Source: Nitrospirota bacterium (lineage in GTDB: Bacteria > Nitrospirota > Thermodesulfovibrionia > UBA6902 > DSMQ01). Taken from it: a stretch of DNA of 64,000 nt. A model generated the notes under the pieces. The model worked only from the letters and a program-made list of their open reading frames with translations, had not been told where the DNA came from and did not search any database. The stretch spans positions 673-64,672 of the forward strand of contig JACRGX010000069.1 of assembly GCA_016212185.1 (NCBI GenBank), given 5' to 3'. Every line of letters starts with the position of its first letter. Positions within the stretch are counted from its first letter, which is position 1. This document shows positions 51,598-59,669 of the stretch, in pieces. The translations under genes and the position numbers were made by a program.

Positions 51598-51626
51598 TTG
51601 ATTTGTCTATTTAGTAATTTTATAAT
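51598..51626 (+). promoter_or_regulatory. Sigma70-type promoter for the binding-protein/kinase operon
   Basis: TTGATT-17 bp-TATAAT, 29 nt upstream of ATG 51655. Confidence 0.5.
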
Positions 51627-51654
51627 ATCTAAAAGCGGCGCTGACAAATCAATA

Positions 51655-52608
51655 ATGCCATTTAAAATCTCTACAAGGCTTTTCATCAGGTTCTTCTTTA
51701 GTTTTTCCGTATTATTTTTTTTAATATTCTCCGGCTGTGTGCGTCAGGAGACTCCTAAAAAAGCAAGCCTTCTTAAGAGGGCGGTTGAGATCTCCGCAGA
51801 TGTTAACGACATTGAGAGAAACACCCTGAAGTTCGGGTTTGACCTCAGGCTGGACCCCAAAGAAGACGTAAGGATTTACAGCCCGTTTCTTGAATACCTT
51901 CAAAATGCCACAGGAAAGCGTTTCAGCATAAAATTTACTGAAAAATATGAAGATACGGTTGATAATCTCGGCAAAGGCATTACACACTTTGCAGCCATAG
52001 GCCCGCTTAATTATGTAGCCGGCAGGGAAAAATACGGAAACGGGATTAAGTATCTTGTGAGCGGAGTTAATAACGAGGGCGACCCGAGATACCAGGCGGT
52101 TATCTTTACAAGACCCGGAGCCGGTATTCACAGCATAAAAGATCTAAAAGGCAAGCCGTTTGCTTTTGGACCAAGGATGTCAACGCAGGGACACCTTATA
52201 CCGAGAAAGATGCTGGAAGATGAAGGCATAACCGTTAGGGATATGAGTTCTTTTATTCATACGGATTCACATATGAGCACGGTCAGGGTTGTATTAAACG
52301 GCGAGTACGAAGCAGGGGGAATTCAGGATGTGCTTGCCAGGCGGCTTGAGAGGGAAGGAAAGATCAGGATTTTAAAAATTTCCGAACCCTATCCAAGCAG
52401 TATTATTGCATATAACAGCGCTTTGAATGCTGAGACGGTTAAAGCCGTCAGGTCTGCGCTCTTGGTCTTAGAGCCGGAGGGGAGACATAAAGACAAGCTT
52501 ATTGACTGGAATCAGACAGAAATGCCGCTCGGTTTTATCAGCATAAATGAATCGGAATTTTACAAGATAGCGGTTCTTGCAAGAAGGTACGGCTTGCTGA
52601 CGAAATGA
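51655..52608 (+). CDS. PhnD-like (phosphonate-type) periplasmic binding lipoprotein, AioX-like by context
   Basis: Lipobox FSGC. PBP type 2 fold sequence (LKFGF..., GKPFAFGPRMSTQGHLIPR). ATGA overlap with the kinase gene. Confidence 0.6.
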   Translation: MPFKISTRLFIRFFFSFSVLFFLIFSGCVRQETPKKASLLKRAVEISADVNDIERNTLKFGFDLRLDPKEDVRIYSPFLEYLQNATGKRFSIKFTEKYEDTVDNLGKGITHFAAIGPLNYVAGREKYGNGIKYLVSGVNNEGDPRYQAVIFTRPGAGIHSIKDLKGKPFAFGPRMSTQGHLIPRKMLEDEGITVRDMSSFIHTDSHMSTVRVVLNGEYEAGGIQDVLARRLEREGKIRILKISEPYPSSIIAYNSALNAETVKAVRSALLVLEPEGRHKDKLIDWNQTEMPLGFISINESEFYKIAVLARRYGLLTK

Positions 52609-53999
52609 AATTAAGAACGAAAATAATTATTTTAACAACAGCATCGGTTTTGATGGTCGGATTCCTTATCACACTTTCTATAAGGGGCGTCATCATCAAT
52701 GCCTTCAGGGAAGAACTTGAAAAAAAGGCAAGGTCTGTTGCAGGCAATCTCTCGGAAAGAATCGCAAACTATATTCCGTTGAATGACCAGTTCCAAACAA
52801 CGCAGGCGCTGAATGAGGTCCTGAGCAAGGAAAATGATCTGGAATATATATTTGTCACAGACGCCGACGGCCGGTTGTTTGCACATACGTTTAAAGACGG
52901 TTTTCCTCCTGAGATCCTTTCATGGAATCCGCTTAACAACAGGGCGGTTAATGTCCAGCTTCTTGAAACTGAGAAAGGCTACATACGCGATGTGGGCGTC
53001 AGTGTTATTAATAGCACAAAGTCAGAGCTTCATATCGGCATCAGGGAGGACAGTTTAAAATCCACACTTGCAAAAACGCGGGAAATAACTGTTCCGATTA
53101 TAATGTTTGTGATTTTCTTAGCCGTAATAGCCTCAATCTTTATGAGCCGTTTGATTACACAGCCGCTGAACAGGTTTGTGGAATTTACAAAAGGGCTCGG
53201 CAGGGGAGAATTTGACAAGAAACTGGAGGTTCAGTCCAGTGATGAAATTGGATACCTTTCGTACAGCTTTAACAGGCTGTCGCTGGAACTGATGACGGCA
53301 AGGAAAAAAATGGAAGAGGCATACACATACACGCACCTGCTTCAGGCAGAGAAGCTTTCTTCCATCGGGCAGATTTCAGCCGGCCTTGCGCATGAGCTTA
53401 AAAATCCCATTACCACTCTTAAGATGCTTTTTCAGGCGTTCAAGGAACAGCCCGACATGACAAAAGAGGATGCCGAAGTGATACACAGTGAAATAGAAAA
53501 AATAGACAATATCCTCACAAGATTTCTCGGATTTGTAAAACAGAAGGATATGCATACATCTGAGATTGATATAAATGCAATGATTGAACATGTCCTGTCG
53601 CTTGCCACCTTTAATCTCAAAAGCAAAAATATTATAGTGCATAAGGACATTGTGGAAAATCTTCCTGCGATAAAGGCAGACCGGGCGCTCATTGAACAGG
53701 TTTTTTTAAACCTTGTTATTAATGCCATTGAGGCAATGCCTGATGGAGGCGAGATAAGAATTTCAGGCAAGTCAGAAGGTAATTTTGTTGAGATAATGGT
53801 TTGGGACAAAGGCACGGGCATACCGGCAAATATAAAGTCAAAGGTCTTTGACCCGTTTTTTACAACAAAGGCAGGCGGCACCGGGCTCGGGCTTTCAATA
53901 GCTTATAATATAATCAAAGAGCACGGAGGCAAGTTGTTTTTTAACAGCCAAGAAGGGGCCGGGACGGTATTTACGGTAAAACTGCCGAAAGCGGGATGA
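52605..53999 (+). CDS. Sensor histidine kinase (periplasmic sensor, HAMP, HisKA, HATPase_c), AioS-like by context
   Basis: Two TM helices flanking a loop of about 150 aa, H-box SAGLAHELKNP, N-box NLVINAIEA and G-boxes DKGTGI and GTGLGLS. Confidence 0.8.
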   Translation: MKLRTKIIILTTASVLMVGFLITLSIRGVIINAFREELEKKARSVAGNLSERIANYIPLNDQFQTTQALNEVLSKENDLEYIFVTDADGRLFAHTFKDGFPPEILSWNPLNNRAVNVQLLETEKGYIRDVGVSVINSTKSELHIGIREDSLKSTLAKTREITVPIIMFVIFLAVIASIFMSRLITQPLNRFVEFTKGLGRGEFDKKLEVQSSDEIGYLSYSFNRLSLELMTARKKMEEAYTYTHLLQAEKLSSIGQISAGLAHELKNPITTLKMLFQAFKEQPDMTKEDAEVIHSEIEKIDNILTRFLGFVKQKDMHTSEIDINAMIEHVLSLATFNLKSKNIIVHKDIVENLPAIKADRALIEQVFLNLVINAIEAMPDGGEIRISGKSEGNFVEIMVWDKGTGIPANIKSKVFDPFFTTKAGGTGLGLSIAYNIIKEHGGKLFFNSQEGAGTVFTVKLPKAG

Positions 54000-54018
54000 C
54001 CAATGTGTCAGTGTAAAT

Positions 54019-54255
54019 TTATAGTTCATCGCCGGGGATTGGTCTACGGCTTGGAACCTTAGCTAATATTCTCCTGAAATCTTCTTTCTTTGCTCTTTTT
54101 GCCCTTGCCTTCAAATAGTCTTCCGTTAACAAAGCAGAAATTTTCTCTGCCACTGCCGATGAAATAAATTGGTTAATAGACACCTTTTCTTTTTTTGCAA
54201 TTTCCCTGATATGACGATGAATTGATTCCGGCAATCTCAAACTCAAAGCGCTCAT
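54019..54255 (-). CDS. Ribbon-helix-helix (CopG/Arc-like) antitoxin
   Basis: LSLRLPESIHRHIREIAKKEKVSINQFISSAVAEKI. 4-bp overlap with the upstream PIN gene. Confidence 0.7.
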   Translation of the reverse strand: MSALSLRLPESIHRHIREIAKKEKVSINQFISSAVAEKISALLTEDYLKARAKRAKKEDFRRILAKVPSRRPIPGDEL

Positions 54256-54677
54256 AATATTTCCTCCATTAATTCTTTAGGTGTTATTGATTTTACGCCA
54301 AAACCCTCTGCCCCTCTGAAATCTTTCGTATTGTGAGTCACAATAAGCTTAGTCCCTGAAGCAATGGCTAATTCCAATATATGATCATCTTTAGGGTCAG
54401 ACAGACGAGGGCGCCACAGGAAATATATCTTTTGATGTTCGCTTACCAGACAAAAATAATTTAATATCTTCTCTGTATCGTGGTTTGATAAACCTAACGC
54501 CATCTGATTCCTTTTGAGAACGTCTTCATATTCAAACAGCAAAGTTGTAGAAATAATTATTTTAAGCTTTCCGTTTTCTATCGCCTGTAATACCCTAAAA
54601 GAAGCGCCCTTTGATGAATAAAGTCCTGAGTAAAGCACATTCGTATCAAGAACTATCCGCGCTTTTTTATCGGGCAT
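54252..54677 (-). CDS. PIN-domain toxin
   Basis: IVLDTNVLYS (first acidic residue), internal EYEDV and C-terminal DDHILELA...THNTKDF. Confidence 0.8.
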   Translation of the reverse strand: MPDKKARIVLDTNVLYSGLYSSKGASFRVLQAIENGKLKIIISTTLLFEYEDVLKRNQMALGLSNHDTEKILNYFCLVSEHQKIYFLWRPRLSDPKDDHILELAIASGTKLIVTHNTKDFRGAEGFGVKSITPKELMEEIL

Positions 54678-54895
54678 ATTATAATACTATATGTGGTATC
54701 ACTACATTGTCAAGAGGTAATTTTTTGCGATTAGACTAATGTCCAGAACAGAAGTTGAAAAACTTGATATGTCAAGAATTAAGTGTGGTGTTCCATAGTG
54801 GATGAGTAAAATGGTGTGGATAATGCGGCGCTGAGCGATGCCCCGAAGGGGCATTCGTCTCCAGGCTAATGATTATGATTTGATTTTGTGATTTT

Positions 54896-55176
54896 GGGGT
54901 CAGGTCTTGTTTCTTGCATTAGCTGCTTTTTAGCACTCTACTTACTACAGAATAATGAATCCCAACGCAATTCGCAACGTCTTTCTGCGTATAACCATAT
55001 TTCTCTATTGCTTCTTTTGCTATCTTATTCCGTTTTGTTTTGTCTTTTATTATACTTTCATCAAATAACATGTCAAGCTTTGGCCTGTCTGCATATCTCT
55101 GGCTTTTAGGGATTTCTTTTTTATCCCGATACCCTTTATATTAATTTCTAAAATGCAAGAAACAAGACCTGACCCC
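54896..55176. mobile_element. 281-bp unit bounded by a perfect 25-bp inverted repeat and enclosing an HTH-gene remnant
   Basis: ggggtcaggtcttgtttcttgcatt (54896-54920) and its exact reverse complement (55152-55176). Minus-strand remnant ...RPKLDMLFDESIIKDKTKRNKIAKEAIEKYGYTQKDVANCVGIHYSVVSRVLKSS*. Confidence 0.6.
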
Positions 55177-55193
55177 AATCCTTGCTTTGATAA

Positions 55194-55601
55194 AAAAAAC
55201 TTCACGATGAGGATATTGCGGCGGGCTGCGCGGGCGTGTTTCTTGAGGATCAACTTGAAAGGAAATATCCGAGAGCCGCGAAGGATTTTGTCTGGCAATG
55301 GTTCTTTCCACAGCAATCATTGACCTTTGTGGCGGAAACGAAAGAGCGGCGGCGGTACCATTTGCATGAAAAGCATGTACAGGAAGCTCTTTACGAGGCT
55401 GTCAGGCGGGCGAAGCTCACCAAGCGTATTACGTCACACACCTTTCGCCGCAGTTTTGCCACGCACCTGCTTCAGGCTAATTACGACATACGGACAATCC
55501 AGACACTGCTCGGTCACAGTGATGTCAGAACTACTATGATTTACACTCACTGCGTGCCGAGCAAAACTGTAAAAGAGATGAAGAGCCCGCTGGATTTTTA
55601 A
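55194..55601 (+). pseudogene. 5'-truncated integron-type tyrosine integrase (IntI-like C-terminal half only)
   Basis: [20 protein letters not shown]...RRYHLHE (the IntI-specific extra segment), box [27 protein letters not shown] and the KSPLDF end. The in-frame stop at 55191 leaves no box I region. Confidence 0.75.
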
Positions 55602-55784
55602 TAACGAACACTCCGGTGCAGTTCCCTCAACCGTCTGCCTTATGTTAAAATGACACAGCGAGCGTATTACCTGTAGCTTGCTACAGTGTTAGCGAGCGAA
55701 TGTTATAAGAATTACATTCCTTGCATTTCAAGATTCTCTGTCCCGAAGTTTCTGGGATACAGAGAATCTTTAATTAATAGGGTA

Positions 55785-57173
55785 ATGGAAAAGATACTTG
55801 TTGTTGATGACGAAAAAGGGGTTTGCTACTCGTTCAAGAGAATTCTTGGAAGTCACGGCTATGATGTCATCACGGCACTTAGCGGACATGAGGCGGTTGA
55901 AAAGGCGGGCAATGAGCACCCGAATCTTGTTATCATGGATGTGACAATGCCTGACATCGGCGGCCTTGAAACGCTTAAGAGGTTAAAGTCTCACAATCCG
56001 AACCTCACTGTAATAATCATGACGGCTTACAGCACTTCTGAAAAGGCAATAACGGCAATGAAGTACGGCGCATACGATTTTATCACTAAACCTGTTGACA
56101 ATGCCCAGTTAATTTCGCTTGTGGAAAAAGCTATTGCGGCGGGGAAAATGACCATTCCTGTAACATTTGAAGGAACTGCACAAGAAGGAGAAAGAATTAT
56201 TGGCAAAAGCCCTGGAATGCTTGCGATATACAAAAAAATAGGGCAGATAGCAGAAAGTGATGTTACAGTACTTTTAAGGGGAGAGACTGGCACAGGCAAG
56301 GAACTGATAGCACGAGCTATTTACCACGATAGTAAAAGGATCAATAAACCGTTTTTGCCGGTTAATTGCGCGGCTATTCCTGAGACCCTGCTTGAGAGCG
56401 AACTTTTCGGATATGAGAAGGGGGCTTTTACAGGCGCTGAAAACAGAAAGATTGGCAAGTTTGAGCAGTGCGACAGAGGCACGATGTTTCTTGATGAAAT
56501 CGGGGATATGCCGCTGTCACTTCAATCAAAATTGCTGAGAGTCCTTCAGGATGGATGTTTGCAACGGCTTGGTGGAAAAGAGCTGATTAAGACAGATGTC
56601 AGAATAATAGCCGCCACAAACAAGAATCTTGAATCATTGATAAATATAGGTAAGTTCAGAGACGACCTTTATTGGCGCTTGAATGTTGTAAGCATAAGCA
56701 TCCCGCCTCTTAGAGAAAGAAAAGAGGATATAGAAGAGCTTGTTCAGTATTTCATAAGGAAATACAACAAAGAACTCGGCAAGGACGTAAAAGGAATGTC
56801 ACCTGAACTGCTTAAGGAATTTAAAGGCTATTACTGGCATGGAAATGTAAGAGAGCTTCAAAGCATTGTACAGCACTGCATGCTTTTGTGTCAGAAGGAC
56901 GTAATTGCTTCTGAAGACTGCGAATGGCTGTCACAGATAAAACTCTCAGGTGAAAAGGCGGTTGATATTGAAAAGACGCTTGCTGATGTCGCAGGCGAAT
57001 TTCTGCTCAGAGGCGGGATGGACATATATAAAGAAGCGGTTGCAAACTTTGAGCATCTTATGGTTAAAAAGGCGCTTGAGCTGACAAAAAACAATCAGGT
57101 CATGGCGGCAAAGTTACTCGGCATATCAAGAAATACCCTCAGGGAAAAGCTCGGCAAACAGGAGTCGGATTAA
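55785..57173 (+). CDS. Sigma54-dependent response regulator (REC, AAA+, Fis HTH), AioR-like by context
   Basis: ILVVDDE...DV.MPD receiver, GETGTGKE Walker A, GAFTGA sigma54-contact loop and a C-terminal HTH AAKLLGISRNTL. Start trimmed to ATG 55785. Confidence 0.9.
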   Translation: MEKILVVDDEKGVCYSFKRILGSHGYDVITALSGHEAVEKAGNEHPNLVIMDVTMPDIGGLETLKRLKSHNPNLTVIIMTAYSTSEKAITAMKYGAYDFITKPVDNAQLISLVEKAIAAGKMTIPVTFEGTAQEGERIIGKSPGMLAIYKKIGQIAESDVTVLLRGETGTGKELIARAIYHDSKRINKPFLPVNCAAIPETLLESELFGYEKGAFTGAENRKIGKFEQCDRGTMFLDEIGDMPLSLQSKLLRVLQDGCLQRLGGKELIKTDVRIIAATNKNLESLINIGKFRDDLYWRLNVVSISIPPLRERKEDIEELVQYFIRKYNKELGKDVKGMSPELLKEFKGYYWHGNVRELQSIVQHCMLLCQKDVIASEDCEWLSQIKLSGEKAVDIEKTLADVAGEFLLRGGMDIYKEAVANFEHLMVKKALELTKNNQVMAAKLLGISRNTLREKLGKQESD

Positions 57174-57269
57174 ATGTTAACTGTTCAAAAAGTAATCACC
57201 CTGTTCAATTATTGACCAGCAGTTGACCATCTTCCCTTGAAATCCCCTTGAATTTTAAAGATATTTTAA

Positions 57270-57285
57270 CGGCATTAATCTTGCA
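57270..57285 (+). promoter_or_regulatory. Sigma54 (-24/-12) promoter
   Basis: cGGCATtaatcTTGCA with canonical GG-N10-GC spacing, 64 nt upstream of ATG 57349. Confidence 0.6.
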
Positions 57286-57348
57286 TTTAAAAAATACAGA
57301 CAAGATATTTCTTGTAAGATTTCAAAGTAAGGAAAGGAGATTCAAGGC

Positions 57349-58221
57349 ATGAAGAAGCTAAGTTTAGCAGTATTAGCAGTGCTTTTGACGCTGTGTTTTT
57401 TATCCGGCCTTGCAATGTCGGCGGATAAATCAATCCTTGATGTTGTAAAGGAAAAGGGGGTAGTCCGCATAGGGCACGGCAATACAACTCCGCCCATGAA
57501 TTACCTTGATGACAAGGGCAACTGGACCGGTTTTGACGTTGACTTAGGAGAGGAGCTTGCAAAGAGACTTGGCGTGAAACTTGAGCGTGTATTGGTTGAT
57601 AACAAGACAAGGATTGCATTTCTGGCAAACGGCACAATAGATATTTCTCTGGCAAACATCAGCCAGACCAGGAGCCGTGAGGAGCAGATGGATTATGCAG
57701 AGCCTCCTTATTTCTGGACAGGCAAGATATTTTATGCAAAGAAGGGCAAATTCAAGGCGATAAAAAACCTCGGCGGAAAAAAGATAGGCGTGGACCAGGG
57801 GTCAAACGCATTCATCGCAGCGCCCCAGGAGATTGCAAAATATTCAAAACAGGCTACGGTAATGTCTTCATTCCAGAACAGCGCAGAGGGCTTTATGGCA
57901 TTGAAGCAGGGCAAGATTGATGCATATTCTCAGGATGCGCAGATAATGGCTGCTGTTGCAGGCAGTTTAGGCGGTGAGTATGAGGCAGTCGGAGGGGCAA
58001 TTTACAGCCCGGGGCTTTACGGCATCGGAGTTCCGCCGAATGAAAGCAAGTGGAGGGATAAGATAAGCTTTATCCTTCAGGATATGCTCAAAGACGGGAC
58101 ATATGAGCAGATTTACCAGAAGTGGTTTGGTCCGAAGGGGATAGCGCCGCTTTCAATAAATGCAAGGCCGCGCCTGCCAAAGGACACTTACGGCGACATG
58201 CTTTATGTCTGGCCGGATTGA
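57349..58221 (+). CDS. Periplasmic solute-binding protein, family 3 (amino-acid type), orphan
   Basis: Signal peptide, then VVRIGHGNTTPPMNYLDDKGNWTGFDVDL. No permease or ATPase gene adjacent. Confidence 0.8.
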   Translation: MKKLSLAVLAVLLTLCFLSGLAMSADKSILDVVKEKGVVRIGHGNTTPPMNYLDDKGNWTGFDVDLGEELAKRLGVKLERVLVDNKTRIAFLANGTIDISLANISQTRSREEQMDYAEPPYFWTGKIFYAKKGKFKAIKNLGGKKIGVDQGSNAFIAAPQEIAKYSKQATVMSSFQNSAEGFMALKQGKIDAYSQDAQIMAAVAGSLGGEYEAVGGAIYSPGLYGIGVPPNESKWRDKISFILQDMLKDGTYEQIYQKWFGPKGIAPLSINARPRLPKDTYGDMLYVWPD

Positions 58222-58243
58222 AATGTTTTTTATGATAGACTGA

Positions 58244-58291
58244 AAATCCTGTCCCCTATTTAATACTTTCATAGGGGACAGGATTTATTTT
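58244..58291 (+). terminator. Rho-independent terminator
   Basis: 16-bp stem aaatcctgtcccctat/ataggggacaggattt followed by a T-run. Confidence 0.7.
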
Positions 58292-58351
58292 AATTAGCAA
58301 TCTGATATACTGCCGCCCGGTAAATAAATATAATGGGAGAAATAAAGAGAG

Positions 58352-58573
58352 ATGTCCAAGTATAAACCGATTGACAGTACTGATTTAGCCGGCGATGCTC
58401 CTTTCACAAACAACATGACCGGTGGGCTGAAAGAACAATTCAAGAAAGAATTGCTGTCCGTATTTCAGAAGTTCGGTTATCCTCTGGAAGAAAAAGACCA
58501 TGAAGTAACATTCAGAACTACTTCCGGCAATATAGCATGGATTAATATTAAAAGAATAGAAATTATTAAATAA
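58352..58573 (+). CDS. Hypothetical 73-aa protein
   Basis: ORF with a gggagaaataaagagag purine-rich leader. No recognisable motif. Confidence 0.3.
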   Translation: MSKYKPIDSTDLAGDAPFTNNMTGGLKEQFKKELLSVFQKFGYPLEEKDHEVTFRTTSGNIAWINIKRIEIIK

Positions 58574-58631
58574 ACGAATAATTGACGGTTACTTTACCCC
58601 CGCAGGAAAAAATCTTCAGCGGGGTTATTAA

Positions 58632-58679
58632 AGCCCGGTTAATTGTCCCGAAGCTTCAGGACAATTAATCGGGCTTTTT
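58632..58679 (+). terminator. Rho-independent terminator built on a GTCCCGAAG-type hairpin
   Basis: agcccggttaattgtcccgaagcttcaggacaattaatcgggct followed by tttt. Confidence 0.7.
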
Positions 58680-58692
58680 ATTAGACGCCAAA

Positions 58693-59076
58693 ATGAAAAT
58701 TATAAAAGTAATTTTACTTAGTATTTTGTTTGTGTTGATTATCTTGATTGCTATGCGCACCGTTCAGGGAGAGATGAAAACTTCATTGAAAGAAGGAGAA
58801 AAAATATATGTGCAGTATTGCACACCCTGTCACGGTTTTAACGGGGACGGGAAAGGCTTTAATGCAAAAAATCTGGACCCCCGGCCTGCAAACCATACTG
58901 ACGGCGGATTTATGAAAAAAAGAATGGATAAGGAACTTTATGATGCAGTCAGCGGCGGAGGCAAGGCTGTCGGCAAATCCACCCTTATGCCGCCGTGGGG
59001 GAATACGTTTAATGAAACACAGATTAAGTCGCTCATTTCGTATTTGAGGAAGTTGTGCGGGTGTGAGGGGGAATAA
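58693..59076 (+). CDS. Membrane-anchored/secreted monohaem cytochrome c (class I)
   Basis: N-terminal hydrophobic segment, CTPCH haem site and a distal LMPPWG Met ligand region. Confidence 0.8.
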   Translation: MKIIKVILLSILFVLIILIAMRTVQGEMKTSLKEGEKIYVQYCTPCHGFNGDGKGFNAKNLDPRPANHTDGGFMKKRMDKELYDAVSGGGKAVGKSTLMPPWGNTFNETQIKSLISYLRKLCGCEGE

Positions 59077-59123
59077 AGATTGTAAGCGGTTCAAACAGTT
59101 CAAATAAATAAAGGAGGAACAAA

Positions 59124-59669
59124 ATGCTCAAAGAGAAGAAAGAAGCATCAGTAGCACAAGTCATGACACGCAGAAAAATCTTAAAAGCCGTTTGCTGCGC
59201 GGGGGCAGTTGCGGCAGTTTCATCTGTTGCATTAGATAAAGCAGGCGCCGCTTTATCAGGCAGAACTTATCCGCAGGTAAAAATTGCAAATATCAAAAAT
59301 CTTCCGTCGGGAAAGACAATAAAATTTGATTACCCGCTTACTGGAAGAAAAAACATCCTTGTAAATCTGGGATGCAGCGCTGAAGGCGGCGCCGGCGCTG
59401 ACAAGAGCATTGTTGCGTACAGCATGTTTTGCACTCATCTGGGGTGCGCTGTTGATCTGGACAAAGAAAGCGGGATGCTGGTTTGCGAATGCCATCAAAG
59501 CATTTATGATCCGAAACAGAGCGGTAAGGTGGTTGAAGGCCCCGCGCCGAATAACCTGCCGATGATTTTATTGGAGATTGATAAGAACGGGGACATTTAT
59601 GCGGCAGGAGTTGCCGGTCTTATTTATGGACTTAGAAATAATCTACTTGACGGAGAGGAGATAAAGTAA
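59124..59669 (+). CDS. aioB: Rieske [2Fe-2S] small subunit of an arsenite-oxidase-type enzyme (AioB-like), Tat signal
   Basis: TRRKILKAV twin-arginine leader. Rieske boxes CTHLGC and CECHQS. The C-terminal ...NLPMILLEIDKNGDIYAAGVAGLIYG resembles AioB as I recall it. Confidence 0.75.
   Translation: MLKEKKEASVAQVMTRRKILKAVCCAGAVAAVSSVALDKAGAALSGRTYPQVKIANIKNLPSGKTIKFDYPLTGRKNILVNLGCSAEGGAGADKSIVAYSMFCTHLGCAVDLDKESGMLVCECHQSIYDPKQSGKVVEGPAPNNLPMILLEIDKNGDIYAAGVAGLIYGLRNNLLDGEEIK

Noticed and set aside
54019-54677. PIN/RHH pair as a bona fide integron cassette
   Set aside because: Only 19 bp separate the RHH stop from the kinase stop, which leaves no room for an attC site. I therefore report it only as 'cassette-side' context of a relic integrase.
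57174-57269. Possible enhancer repeats (ctgttcaa x2, ttgacca x2) upstream of the 57270 sigma54 promoter
   Set aside because: The repeats are short (7-8 bp) and only loosely symmetric, which is too weak to call as a binding site without a motif model. They are mentioned only as a place to look.
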